The translations under genes were made by a program, and so were the position numbers. The notes below the pieces were generated by a model. That model saw only the letters and a list, made by a program, of their open reading frames with translations. It had not been told where the DNA came from and ran no database searches. Below, in pieces: positions 1 to 13,028 of a stretch of 64,000 nucleotides of DNA (positions within the stretch are counted from its first letter, which is position 1; every line of letters starts with the position of its first letter). This DNA comes from Eledone cirrhosa (taxonomy: Eukaryota). The stretch lies in the NCBI GenBank assembly GCA_964016885.1, contig OZ024741.1, forward strand, positions 111,290,001-111,354,000, written 5' to 3'.

Positions 1-2316
1 TGACACCACCATATATAACTTGATTGATGATGCGTGCAACCAGTTTAATGCCTACTTTACCTGATGCCTTCAGCATCTCAGCAACTATCCCCAACAATCC
101 AGTAGCCTTACCATTCTTCATTTCTTTAATTGCCTCTTGTACCGTATATTCGTCAATCTCAATAGCTGGTCCCCCTGTTGGGTCTACTGGGGGTAATTTC
201 TCTCTGTCCCATTCATTCTCCACATTCATCAGTCTCTCATAGTGACATTTCCGGGCCTCCTTTTTTGATCATTCGTGACACTAAGTGCCCCGACATCATT
301 CCGGACACATTTATCTCCAACAACATCCTGATTTGCATTGACACACTGCCTTGCAATGCGGAACATCACACGTCTCTGATCTTCCCGTCGCAGGACATTG
401 GCAAACCTCCTACTCTCAGCCTCCCTGCGTGCTAAGTACACCGGACGTCTAGCTTCTTTCCTAGCAGCTGTGTATCCTTCCCTACTCCCACCATTTTTCC
501 AAGCCTTCCATGCCAGTCTTTTGTCTTTAATGGCCCTATCTACCATGCTGTTCCACCACCAGGTCACTCTCTGTCTGGTCTGAGCTCTGCCCCAACCACA
601 AGTTTCTTCAGTAGCCTGTAGTAAGTTGTCACGTAAGAAAGTCCAGTTATCATCTATGTCATACAACTCTAAATCATCTTCTTTTTCGTCATACACGTCT
701 TGAAGGGCTTTGCTAAATTTATATTTTAATGAAAGGTCTTTTAGCTTCCAGACCTTTCTTTTCGACACCTTCCTGTATGTCTCATTCTTTCTCATGCTTA
801 CTGAGATGTCACTAATGACTAACCTATGCTGTGGGGTACATTCTTCCCCAGGGTATGCCTTAGTATTTGACACTATCTGTCTGTCTCGCTGTCTAACTAG
901 CAGGAAGTCAATCTGGCTTATGTGCTCGCCTGATTTGTAGGTTATTAGGTGGTTGGTACGCTTCTAGAAGTTAGTGTTGCAAATGGTTAGTGCATTTGCA
1001 TCATAACATTCAAGAAGCCTCACTCCTTCTTCATTTCTTGAGCCGTAACCGTGCCCACCATGTACCCCAGTATATCCATCCTGGAGGCGTCCAACATGTC
1101 CATTGAAGTCCCCTGCTAGCATAACGATGTCTCTGTCCTCTGTCATTGAGGCTGTTTGTAAAAGTTGCTCATAAAAGCAGTCTTTCTCATCTTTACCTAG
1201 GCCTGCCTGGGGCGCATAGGCAGAGATGATTGTCAGTAGTCTCTTGCCTACAACTAATCTAAGTTTAATTATTCTATCACTAACTTTAACTACCTCTATT
1301 GTCTTATTGATCCACCTCTCAGCCAGTAATATGCCCACCCCACCTAACCCATCATCATTACCCACCCAGAAAAGCTTATAACTACGATGTTTGCCTGCGA
1401 ATAGTCTTGCAGAGGCACCTCTCCATCTCACCTCTTGCACACAGCACACACCCACAGGCCTTCTCTCCAACATCTCCGCTATCTCACCAGATCTACCTGT
1501 TAGAGTGCCAACATTAAGTGTGGCAACTCTGAAATGCGACGTCTCGTTCTTTTTCCTGTTGTGCGATTGCTTGATGACGGTCATGGGGTTTTCACCCATG
1601 GCCTCACTAGCCACTCTACTACCGTGTGTAGCCCTAACATGATTAGTGTTATTGCTGTTTACGCAGTTGTTTTTGTACGATTGCTTGATGACGATTGGAG
1701 GGTTCTCGCACATGGCTGCACCAGTCACCCCACTACCGCGTGCAGCCCTAACATGGTTAGTGTTATTGCTGTTTACACAGTTGTTTTTGTACGATTGCTT
1801 GATGACGGTCGGCGGGTTCTCGCACATGGCTGCACCAGCCACCCCACTACCGCGTGCAGCCCTAACATGGTTAGTGTTATTGCTGTTTACACAGTTGTTG
1901 CAAATTTCAATCGTTGTGTTCATAGTGTTTGGCAGTAGTATATATACTGGTTGGATACCCTTCCTAACACCAGCACCACTTTACAGCATAGACAGGGTGC
2001 TTTTATTCGTGCCACCAGCACTAGAGAGATTGTCTTACTGGTCTCAGGGGCCCTATCCACCATTCCATTTTACAGCATGGACTGGGTGCTTTTATTCATA
2101 CCACCAGCCCTGAGAAGTTGTCTTACTGGACTCAGGGCCCTCTTTACCCCTCCATTTTACAGCATGGACTGAGTGCTTTTATTTGTGCCACCAGCACTAA
2201 GGAAGTTGTCTTACTGGACTTAGGGGACTTCTCTACCCCGCACCAATTTATTCGGAGTGGTAGCTCTCCTAGACGGGTTGCCTACACTACGGCTTACGGA
2301 GCCTCCGTCCACCCCT
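1..2316 (-). mobile_element. RTE-clade LINE (family A), 5' part: 5'UTR, APE endonuclease and start of RT; runs off the window
   Basis: ORF 964-1923 has APE motifs (ATLNV, CVQEVRW, SAYAPQ, AGDFNGHVG). ORF 229-873 carries TWWWN. A stop at 964 and a frameshift near 229 show it is defective. Confidence 0.92.
1557..1898 (-). repeat. Three in-frame 114-bp (38-aa) tandem repeats at the N-terminus of the RTE ORF
   Basis: NNCVNSNNTNHVRAARGSGV.GAAMCENP..VIKQSYK repeated; identical motifs at 1675 and 1789 are 114 bp apart. Confidence 0.9.
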
Positions 2317-2747
2317 TAATATAACATTAATTTTCTTTTTAATTTTGGTTATAGTTTTGATGATGTTATTGGATTTATATCAAATTTTATGAAGAATGAT
2401 GTTTACAAGTCCATTCTATAAAGATTTTGTAGTGGACATGAACGACACTGACTTGGGAATGATTCAGGGTATCAATGAGAATAGTGACTTCTGAGGGACT
2501 TTCAGATCAGCAGTTATGAACAATTCCCAAAATTCATTGGTCTGGCAGTGCTACAGAATTAGGTGGGAGCATTACCTGTCTGAAATAAGCACTACATGCT
2601 TTACTCACATAGAAATCCTTCAACATTTTTGTAATTTGTTTTCAATATTCTTCATTGTTATTTCATTGAAGTTTATGCTAGCTTTGTGCCTGAATTATAA
2701 ATCACTATTATTATTACTAATTCTACCAATGGTTCTTATTGCTACAG

Positions 2748-2858
2748 GATCCTGAACTAAATCCCCAAGACCATATCATACTGTTTGACAAAGTAGTTAG
2801 AAGTGAACAAGACATTGAACGTGTCTTTGAAAATTTGAACACTAACAAGGACAGCAAG
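2748..2858 (+). CDS. Exon of patatin-like phospholipase/EF-hand gene 1 (first half of EF-hand)
   Basis: ctacAG|GAT...AAG|GTaaag; 111 nt, phase 0; DPELNPQDHIILFDKVVRSEQDIERVFENLNTNKDSK. Confidence 0.85.
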
Positions 2859-2959
2859 GTAAAGTTTCTTCAATCACATCAGAAGTAAATACAAAATAAC
2901 TACTACTACTAGATTATAAATAAACTTAAGACCATACATGTACACAAACACAACCTACT

Positions 2960-4385
2960 ACAAGCTATTGATGACATTTGTGGTTGAAGTAAAGCACCTG
3001 CCAAACAGAGTGTGACCTGGTGGTGGAACAACACTGTGAATAGAGCTGTGAAAGCCAAGAGACAGAAATGGAAAGACTGGAATAAATGGCAGCAGCAAAG
3101 GTAAGTACTAGATAACTAAAAGAGAAGCTAAACAACAGATATACTCAGCATGCAGAGAAGCTGAAACTGGAGGTTTGCCAATATCTTGACATGAGGATCT
3201 GAGATGTGAAGTGTTCCGCATTGCAATGTATTAGAGAATGTATTAGCAATGTATTAGAGAAAACCAGGATGTTGTTGGAAAAAAGTGTTTTAAATGACAC
3301 CAGTACACTTAGCATCACTGAAAGAGGCATGGATATACTATTATGAGAGGTTGACGAATATGGACAATGAGTGGGAAAAACGAGACTATCCCCTCTGCTG
3401 ACTCAACAAAGGGACCATCAGTTAAAATTGACAGATATAGGGTCAAGGAAGCAATCAAGTTAGATGAAATTCTGTTTGGTTTTATGTCAGGGAAGAGCAC
3501 TACAGATGTCTTCTTCTTAGTGTGACAACTATAAGAGAAATTCCTAGCTAAGTGCAAGCCACTACATTTAGCTTTCATGGATCTAGAGAAGGTCTGACAG
3601 AGTACCATAATCTATCATCTGGTAGTCCCTAACGAAACTAGGCATAGAAGAATGGCTTGGGAGAGCAGTGCAAGCAATGTAGAGAGGAATTATCAATAAA
3701 ATGAAAGTAATGAATTTAGTGAGGAATTCAATGGGAGAGTAGGTGTTAATCAGGGCTTAATTCTCAGCCCACTCCTGTTTATTATAATTCTCTAGGCTAT
3801 GATGGAGGAGTTTAAGACTGGCTGTCCATGGGAACTTGTATATGCTGATAACTGAATCCATGGAAGAGCTAGAGAGAAGAAATTCTAGCTTTAGAAACAT
3901 AAATTAGAATTAAATGGGTTAAGAGTGAACTTGGGAAAAACTAAAGTTTTAGTGAGTAGGAAAAAAGACATGATCCTTTTCCCTTCAGAGAAGTGGCCTT
4001 GCTTGATATGTAGAAAAGGAATTTAGAGAGAAACGAGGCGAGCATGTTTTGATGGATTTGCAGTAACTGTGTGTGAACAATAAAGCATTAATGAACTAAG
4101 TGAAAAGCTGGGTAGAGGAGGTATTAGATGCAGTGTACAAAAGAGATGACTAAGCTGTTATGGGCATGTGATACGTATAAAGGATGACTGACAGCTGCAT
4201 AAAAAAGTGCAGGGATCTCAAAGTTAATGGAAATTGCAGAAGAGGTAGAGCAAGAAAAACTTGGGATAATGTGGTAAAGGCTGACCTCATAAAGCTGAAC
4301 ATTACAAAGGGGATGACACAGGGTAAAGTTGATTGGAAATGTCCTACAAAAGACTTGCCTTCCCACATGAGCAGGGTGAAAGGAG
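2960..4385 (+). mobile_element. Old, degenerate RTE LINE fragment in an intron
   Basis: Remnants of VTWWWN, DLEK and GCPWELVYAD with many stops and frameshifts. Confidence 0.8.
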
Positions 4386-4954
4386 TATGGAGAGGATGGT
4401 GGTAAAAGCAGAGAGGTGTGACAGTATTTAGGTCCACATCTCCTTACCTCATTATATAACCTCCCTCTCCCACTCAACCATCCCACTTATATATATAATC
4501 CTCCTCTATTCCTCTCCATCATTTTAGTCTTCCTGCTCATTCACATCACTGATTCCTCCTTTTTTGTTCAACTCATGTCAGCATGGAAAGATGGATGCAC
4601 CCATACAATGTATTGCCAGATGTTAGTTCACCTTCTCATGCAATGTCGAAAATATTAGTGCTGGTGCCACAATAAAATGCACTTAGTCTACACTGTAAAG
4701 TGGTAGTGCTAGTGCCACAATAAAATGTACTCAGTCAACATTGTAAACTGGTAGTACTGGTGCCATTCCTTCTTTACAGTGTTGGCTGAATTTCATTTTA
4801 ATGTGGTATCAGACACAAACACATACATATCTGTAATTTAGAGATCTTAATTGTTAACAAGTTAAGAAATAATCTACAATCTTACTAAACCATATTCTTT
4901 ACAATATCTCTTATATTCTCTTGCTTATAATAATTATATTTCTATTCATTGTAG

Positions 4955-5113
4955 ATAGACTATCAAGAATTGATTAATTTTCTAGAAACTAAAGGAGTTG
5001 ATTTTCAATCTCGCTTCATTGGATATTTTGGCAAACCAATCTATGATTTACAATCATATTTGTCAGCAACAACAGAGACAATATTGAACTATACTAAAAG
5101 ATCTTTTGTAGAG
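4955..5113 (+). CDS. Exon of gene 1 (second half of EF-hand and downstream helix)
   Basis: ttgtAG|ATA...GAG|GTattt; 159 nt, phase 0; IDYQELINFLETKGVDF...KRSFVE. Splicing to the previous exon gives the 12-residue loop NTNKDSKIDYQE. Confidence 0.85.
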
Positions 5114-5346
5114 GTATTTCTAGTAATTTATGAAGTCTCAAAATGTATCATCACTATTGTTGCTGTAATCATTGATGTCACTACACACCAACACTATCAT
5201 CACCACTCCCATCATTGAGATGTATATGGTTTTATGTCTCATAATTTATCACCATTATTGTCAACATGATCATTATTATTACCAATGTAATAAATCATTA
5301 ATATTTTTACTACTACTTCTCATTGCTATATTTTCTGACATTGTAG

Positions 5347-5442
5347 GAACGAGATAAAGATCGTACAGTTGGTATCAATACAGGATATATTGGCACAGCA
5401 GACTTTACTCTGGAAAATGAAGACAAACAGTTCCTGATTGAA
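5347..5442 (+). CDS. Exon of gene 1 (C-terminal patatin segment)
   Basis: ttgtAG|GAA...GAA|GTatta; 96 nt; ERDKDRTVGINTGYIGTADFTLENEDKQFLIE resembles the RT.I...i.t.dF.l...k..L..G end of ExoU/VipD-like patatins. Confidence 0.85.
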
Positions 5443-6320
5443 GTATTAAAATCTATATATTGTAATGTCTCTCTGGTAAAAGGCGGCCAGTCCACCATGT
5501 AAAGGTGGTAGCACTGGTTCCACAACAAAATACATCCAGTCCACCCTGTAGGGTGGTAGTGCTGGTGCCACAATAAAAAGTACCTAGACCACTTGGTAAG
5601 GTGGGAGTGCCAGAGTCACTGTAAAATACTTCCAGTACACGCTGTAAACCAGTTGGCATTAAAAAGGGCAACCAGCTGTAGAAATGATGCCATAACAGCA
5701 TATGAGCAAGACATGGTCACCTGACCTGTCTAGCCTCAGTATAATAATGATGACTCACCTCTTCTGACAATATAAAAATAAAAAAGTTCTCTTGGATACC
5801 CTAAGGCTCATAAAGCCAGAGATTTGCTGTAGAACCTTCTGTAAGGAAAACAAACAGTAGGGTTGGTGCTAACATACTTAATGTAGAGAGTCAAGAAATA
5901 TCAATTGAATTTACATGTGTAGTGAGGAGGAAATAGTATGGGCTTTGGCAGTATAGTGACAATTCTGGACATGTTTTGGTCATATACCTCATCAGCAAAG
6001 CATGTTATCAGAACATCTAAAGCTAAGATGGTTCACTACATTATGTTAACAGTGATTTCATTCAATTCACTTAACACATATAATCATCATTCTTTTTCAG
6101 TCTGTCTCACTATTAACTGGCCATAGCTAACCTCTACATATTATTTTCTCTGAGTAGTTTTAATCTATTGCACAGTATAACCCTTCTGATCTCAACCCAC
6201 CTATTTTAAAGAGTTCCTACTTAAATTAAAATCTTCCAACATAATCTTGTATAAGAACATTTTGTTTTGTTACAATCTTAATGAAATCATAATTTTAGTA
6301 AGTCCTTAATATATAAAGTA

Positions 6321-7408
6321 CTAGCAGCAGTACCCAGCGTTGCCTGGGTAGGTAAAATAATATTTGCTTTGATGAAAAGGTGTTGATCTTAGCGACTGTT
6401 TCTCGATGACTCATCTATGGTCACACACAGGCCATGCGGGGGAGGATGGTGATGACCTCTATCACTGAGAAACGCGGGTGACTGACGAAGGGGAGGGAGG
6501 TAATGACCTCTAACACTAAGCCAAATTTCCTCACGCTACTTGATTGGAAACCAATGAATTCTCAAATACCCAACTAAAAGCTCAGATGACGTCAGTGGCC
6601 ATCGTTTTGCCTTTGACCAGCTATAAGATGTGCAATAATAGATTCTATCGTAGTATAAAAGTTGAACCAAATAAATTGATTTATGTGTGAGGTTGAGCCA
6701 AAGTTTCGAATTTGAACAAAATCGGTTGAAAAATGTGGGAGCTAATGATAGGTTCTATCGTAGTATAAAAGTTGAACCAAATAAATGATTTATGTGTGAA
6801 GTGGGGCTGAAGTTTCGAATTTGAACGAAATCGGTTGAAAAATTGTGGGAGTTAGAACTGAAAAGGTGGTATTTTCGAATATTTAAGCGGCTGCCACGCC
6901 GTTCCTGAACAAAAGATCTAAAATGTAAAGTCACTTTAAGACGTGAAATAATCAGGTCTAGCGTAGTGTAAAATTTGAACAAAGTAGGTTGATTAATGTG
7001 GGAGCTAGAGCCGAAAAAGTGGAAATTTGAGTCCAAAAGTGGTATTTTTGAATATTTAAGCGGCTGCCACGCCGTCCCTGAACAACAAATGCAAAATATA
7101 AAGCCATTACAGGATGTGCAATGATAAATTCTATTTTGCTTTAAAATTTTAACGAAATCAGTGGCAAATGTGGGAGCTAGAGCCAAAGATCTTATATTTT
7201 GATACCTAAAAAAAGGTGACGCCCCTATCGATTTTTATCTGCAGAATGACCCCAGAATAAAAAAAACGATACACTGATATATACAAAACAATCCCCGATG
7301 ACTAATCTATGAGCCTGTAAAGTTTCATGAAAATCGGTCGTAAGATGTAGGCCCCTATAGGTAATACACAGACACACACACACATACTTAATTTTATATA
7401 TATACAGA
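6321..7408 (-). mobile_element. Non-autonomous Helitron
   Basis: On the - strand: 5' TC at 7408-7407, 3' CTAG at 6324-6321, subterminal hairpin TACCCAG-GCAACG-CTGGGTA (6331-6350), inserted between A and T. It has internal direct repeats. Confidence 0.8.
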
Positions 7409-8348
7409 TTTCATTAGAAATATGATAATGAAAGAGTTAACACAACAACCTAACTCTTTGGTGTGTTTAGCAAACATTCAGAACCAGTGTCTGATGTGGG
7501 GATAACTTCCTCCCACCTGTCACAGAGACCCCCCAAAAGGCTCATGAGGGCTGTTATTATTCCCCTGATTGAGCTATCAAAAAGAAGGAAAGAAAGAATA
7601 AGCTTTTAAATTTGATTTCCATATTGAACTGGGATGAATTTCCAGAGGGCTGCAGTTCTGTGAAGAAATGACAATCTCCCTAGTGTTGGTGTCATGATAA
7701 ATGCACTTGGTAGAGCATGGAATCATATGTTGGGCCCCTGGTCTGTGATAACATGTACAACCCTTGCTAGCAAGGAAAATGGATGTTAAATGATGATAAT
7801 GATGTCTATTAGTTAGATTACATTTGTTATGTAATCGGGTATATTTATCTGTATGGTTACTGCAAATCTTAGAAATGTAAGCAGTATTTTATGTGATCTA
7901 TATTTATGCTTTAACTCTTAACAACCTGTAATGATTTAGCAGAAAATATATAAACAGGTTTGTTCATTTAAATGATTATAGTTTCTTTACTTGACTACAG
8001 GTCCTTGTGAAAATTTGCAGTAAACAAAATTAAAGACTTTAGTTTTTTTATGTGATGCACTAATAGTGCTATTTTATACTTTTCAAGAATGTCTTATTAA
8101 TGTGGTTTGTTAACTCAAATGTTTACGGTGGACAGACTCTTGTGAAAATTTGCAGTAAACTAAAAACTTTAGTGATGCAGTAATAGTGCAATTTTGTACT
8201 TTTCACGAACAACTTGTTAATGTGGTTATATACAGTACAGGCCATTAAGAATTAAACAATAATGTGTGTGCACACTTCTGTCTATAGACATCAAATCTAT
8301 TATTTAACATTGAATGTTTTTAAAAATGTTGTTTATTTTGTTTTTCAG

Positions 8349-8471
8349 CAAGGATGGAACAGTACTGTGGCCTTCTTTCGAGAATACCTCAATTATCACC
8401 GTGGCTATTTGAATAAATGTTATCACAAGAATAACACACTAACATCTACTACAAGTTCAGAATCCTTATAG
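8349..8471 (+). CDS. Terminal coding exon of gene 1
   Basis: tttttcAG|CAA GGA TGG...TAG; QGWNSTVAFFREYLNYHRG...SESL*; phase-compatible with the 5347-5442 exon. Confidence 0.8.
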   Translation, partial: QGWNSTVAFFREYLNYHRGYLNKCYHKNNTLTSTTSSESL

Positions 8472-8538
8472 CAACAATCAAAGGCCTTGAAACATTTTCA
8501 AAGAATCTCAATGCAGAGGGTAGCTGTGAACAGCTGAT

Positions 8539-9278
8539 TGCTATGTGCATAGTAAAAAATCAGGTTAAAATATAACCTCATATTGAGTGGAAGAATGGAG
8601 AGAGGGAGAGAGCTAAAGAAAGAGAGTCTAAGGTATGAGATGAGAAATGGGGAGATAGAAAAAGAAAGAGAAGAGAAAAAAGTGGAAATAAGAACAATAG
8701 GGCAAAAAATATACTCATTGCTTCAATCCTTTTCAATGTTTACATACATAATTTGAGTCATTTTGGCTTTCTAAATTAAACGGATAACTGTGCCAGAGAC
8801 AGGTAACTCCTTACATCTTTATTTTTGTCTCTACCATGCTACTACTTCTGCTAACTTCTCGCCTACTGCTGCTCCTGTCAGAATAGCAGACAGCCTCTTT
8901 TCCGATTGACGACAATTCAATACAGATGTGTCCCTCTGCTCTCGTCTTGTATGTTTCCCACATACCAGTTTCATACCAACAAACATTTTTATTCTGTTGC
9001 GAGGGTTTGACTTATATACATAATACTTCCTTTTCCATTTGAAATATGTGAATCTAGAAGGAAGCTGATGAAGTGATTATGACACTATAGTTCTTTAGTT
9101 TACATTCTTCATCCTTTCTCCATTGTTTTTTATCTTTCATAATTCTCCAAAGGAAAAAAAAAATTTTCTGTTCCATCGTTTTCCTCTCTTCTTTATACTC
9201 TTCTCATGCTTTAGACTCTCTTTCTTCTACTGAATATGAGGTTATATTTTAACCTGACCTTTTGCTATGCACATAGCA
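8539..9278. mobile_element. MITE/foldback element with long imperfect TIRs, just downstream of the gene 1 stop
   Basis: GCTATGTGCATAG...CAGGTTAAAATATAACCTCATATT (8540-8584) is the reverse complement of about 9232-9277; further pairing between 8617-8644 and about 9198-9226. Confidence 0.7.
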
Positions 9279-10339
9279 GTATTTTTATAGAAATTGTTCA
9301 TCTTACATTATTTCTTTTTCCCTCAAACTCTTACATTTCATCAAATTTATATCATAAATTAACTTAAAATATCTGTCTGCCTGCCTGTTCAGGTGTCCTA
9401 AAAATTCTTCCAAATCTGACAAATCAAAAATATATTTATATTTTCTTTAACCTCTTCAGTCAGTTGTCTCCAAGTGATATTATTCTATGCTAGAATTGAA
9501 CATGGAAATTTACCGTCATCATTTAACATCTATTTTCCTTGCAAGGGTTGGATAGGTTGTCACAGACTGAGCTAGTACTCAAGTTGAGCTACTGACCTCT
9601 CAGATGGGTAGGGTCCTGCATCTCACACTCTACCAAGTGCTCTGACAGGCTGGGGGCCCTGCACCTCAAATACACTGCTGTGCTTTACTGAGTACATGTT
9701 ACTATTGTTTCAGTCCGTTTAAGGATATCCAGACAGTACAATATTCGATGTGGCTGGTATTCCTAATATGACAAGTGACCATATTGAGTATATGTTCCTG
9801 TTTAGTCCCTTCACAGGTTAACACTTATGATCAGATATTCAAACTATGTCTATCAAGTCATTGTTCTAGTCTTCTCCATGTCTTTCCACTGGGACCATGA
9901 GGCAGACTACCCTTAACTTTCATTTATGGCAGTGGCATGTGAAATAAAGTTCCCTCGCTAAACTAAACTGAGGGCAATTTGTAACAAGTGAACCCTTAGA
10001 ACCTTATTGACATGCCTTAGGATTTGTTTCTTGAGAGACTTTGGATGCTAATTCCTGCAGCATGAGTGACCACATAGATAAGTGGTTCCTGAATTATTTT
10101 TTTTTACACTAGGTACATTTTTGAACAAGAAAAAATATTTTGGAATAATGTGTTGCTAAATTCAAAAATTTATTCAGAAAAGTACCGATATATATAATTA
10201 GTAATAAAAAAATATATATATATATATATATATACATTTGTACTTCCTTCTTCAGTCAATAAATGTAGCAAAGTTATCAATTAGAAATATGTGTTTTATG
10301 TTGGATTTTATCAATTAGAAATGTGTTTTATGTTTATGA

Positions 10340-12200
10340 AGGCAGGTTTGGAAACTAAAAGACCTTTCACTAAAATATAAATTTAGGAAAGCCCTTCAAG
10401 ATGTGTATGACGAGAAAGAAGATGTTTTAGAATCATATGACATAGATGATAACTGAAATTTCTTACGTGACAACTTACTGCAGGCTACTGAAGAAACTTG
10501 TAGCTGGAGCAGTGCTCAGACCAGACAGAGAGTGACCTGGTGGTGGAACAGCATGGTAGATAGGGCCATTAGAGACAAAAGACTAGCATGGAACACTTGG
10601 AAAAATGGTGGGAGTAGAGAACAATACACAGCTGCTAAGAGAGAAGCTAGACGTCAGGTGTACTTAGCATGCACGGAGGCTGAGAGTAGGAGGTTTGCCA
10701 ATGTCCTGCGATGGGAAGATCAGAGACGTGCAGTGTTCCGCATTGTAAGGCAGTGTGTGAGTGCAAATCAGGATGTTGTTGGAGATAAATGTGTCCGGAA
10801 TGATACTGGTGTACTTAGTGTCACTAATGATAAGAAAAAGGAAGCCTGGAAATGTCATTATGTGAGGCTGATAAATGTGGAGAAAGAGAAGCTACCCCCA
10901 GTAGACCTGACAGAGGGACCAGCTATTGAGATTGACGGATATAGGGTACAAGAGGCAATTAAGAAAATGAAGAATGGTAAGGCTGCTGGACCGTCGGGGA
11001 TAGTTACTGAGATGCTGAAGGCATCAGGAGAAGTAGGTACTAAACTGGTTGCACGTCATCGTCAATCAAACTATATGGCGGAGTCATACCCAAAGACTGG
11101 TGCAGCAGTATTCTCATAAATAGCTACAAAGGTAAAGGGGATGCTCTGGAGAGGAGCAACTATAGGGGCATAAAACTGATGGATCAGGTTATGAAAGTGG
11201 CAGAAAGAATATTAGCGCTACTAATTAAAGAAAGGGTCAAACTAGATGTGATGCGGTTTGGTTTTGTGCCTGGGAAAAGTATGACAGATGCCCTCTTCTT
11301 AGTGAGACAACTACAAGAGAGGTTCTTAGAGAAAAATAAGCCACTATACTTAGCTTTTGTTGACCTAGAGAAGGCCTTTGATAGAGTACCCCAATCTGTC
11401 ATCTGGTGGTCCCTAAGGGAACTAGGTGTTGAGGAATGGCTTGTGAGGGCAGTGCAAGCTTTGTACAGAGGTGCTGTCAGTAAAGTGAGGGTAGGAATGG
11501 AGTTTAGTGTGGAATTCCAGATACAAGTAGGAGTACATAAGGGTTCAATCCTCAGCCCGCTCTTGTTCATTATAGTCCTCCAAGCCATAACATAGGAGTT
11601 TAAGACTGGCGGCCCATGGGAACTTCTCTATGCTGACGATCTGGTTCTTATAGCAGAATCAGTAGAGGAGTTAGAGAAGAAATTCTGGCTATGGAAACAG
11701 CAGTTGGAATTAAGAGGACTAAGAGTGAACCTAGCTAAGACAAAAGTGTTGATAACAAGAAAAGAGGAGAAAACTTTGATTCTGTCAGGGAAATAGCCAT
11801 GTTCGATATGTAGAACATACGCTGGATATGTTCGATATCCTGCATGGTAGTGAGACATGGGCAGCAACTGCAGAGGATATGCGATGGCTGGAGAGAAATG
11901 AAGCAAGCATGCTCCGTTGGATGTGTGATGTACGTGAACGACCAAGCATGGATGAGTTGAGAGAGAAACTGTGTTTAAAAGGGGTAAGGTGTAGTGTGCA
12001 GGATAGAAGACTGCGATGGTATGGACATGGATGCGCATGGAGGATGACCTCTGGGTAAAGAAGTGCCAAGAAATCCCAGTAGAAAGAAGATGCAGTAGAG
12101 ATGACGAAGAACCTTGACAAGTGGAGAGATGCTGTGCTGAATAAGACCCGTCCCATCATAGCAAGCAGGGAAAAGCGGACGTGAAATGATGATGATGAAT
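10340..12200 (+). mobile_element. 5'-truncated RTE LINE (family A) with (GAT)n tail
   Basis: RT motifs FVDLEKAFD, LSPLLF and YADD (11629-11640); 3' end KTRPIIASREKRT followed by tgatgatgatga. The PHD region is deleted near 11815. Confidence 0.92.
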
Positions 12201-12977
12201 ATGAATGAACAAGCTTATGAATGGGTGTCGGATAAAATGCCTTGCAGCATATAATTACAGCCCTTTACGTTCCAAGTTCGAATGCCCCCGAGGTTGGCTT
12301 TGCCTTGCGGGGTTGATAAAATAAAGTACGACTAATATACTGGGTCGATGTAATCGACTTTCCCCTTTCCCTTCAAATTGCTGGCCTTGTGCCAAAAGCA
12401 GAAACAATTCAGCTTTGCATAGCAAGGGAAACAACCATCTTGGTTTATTTTTAATTGAAAATGTTGTCTCCCCTGCTATACGAAATTAAATAAACACCTT
12501 CCAGAAAATTCGATAAGTTTTACATGCAAGATAATTATTACATTCAGTTAAAAACCAGCAAAAATATTCATTTCTTTATTTTTTATTTTTGTGAATTAAC
12601 ATTAAGTCTTTACGCAAAACACTCATTACATTTCAACCAATCTGAGCAAATGGCGCCACTTAAAATTCAGCAAGAATCATTCTACGCTGTATATTTCTTT
12701 TATTGCATTGGTACATAAAGAATTTTTTTAATCGAGAATACTTTGACACGGTGAAATGACTTTGAATATCCTAACTGGAAATAGATAACACACGCGGCAA
12801 AGAATTCCTCTTAATGAATAATAACAAAATTAGTTTTAACCTCCCAATAAAACTAAGCTTTTCTTTGACTAATCAGAAAATAGTTTCTCTGTAAAATTAT
12901 ATAAGTATATATATATGTTTATCCCGGGCTTCCTGATGATTTCTCCCGAATAAAACAGTTCTAGTCCTGTAGAAGCC

Positions 12978-13024
<47 letters not shown>

Positions 13025-13028
<4 letters not shown>

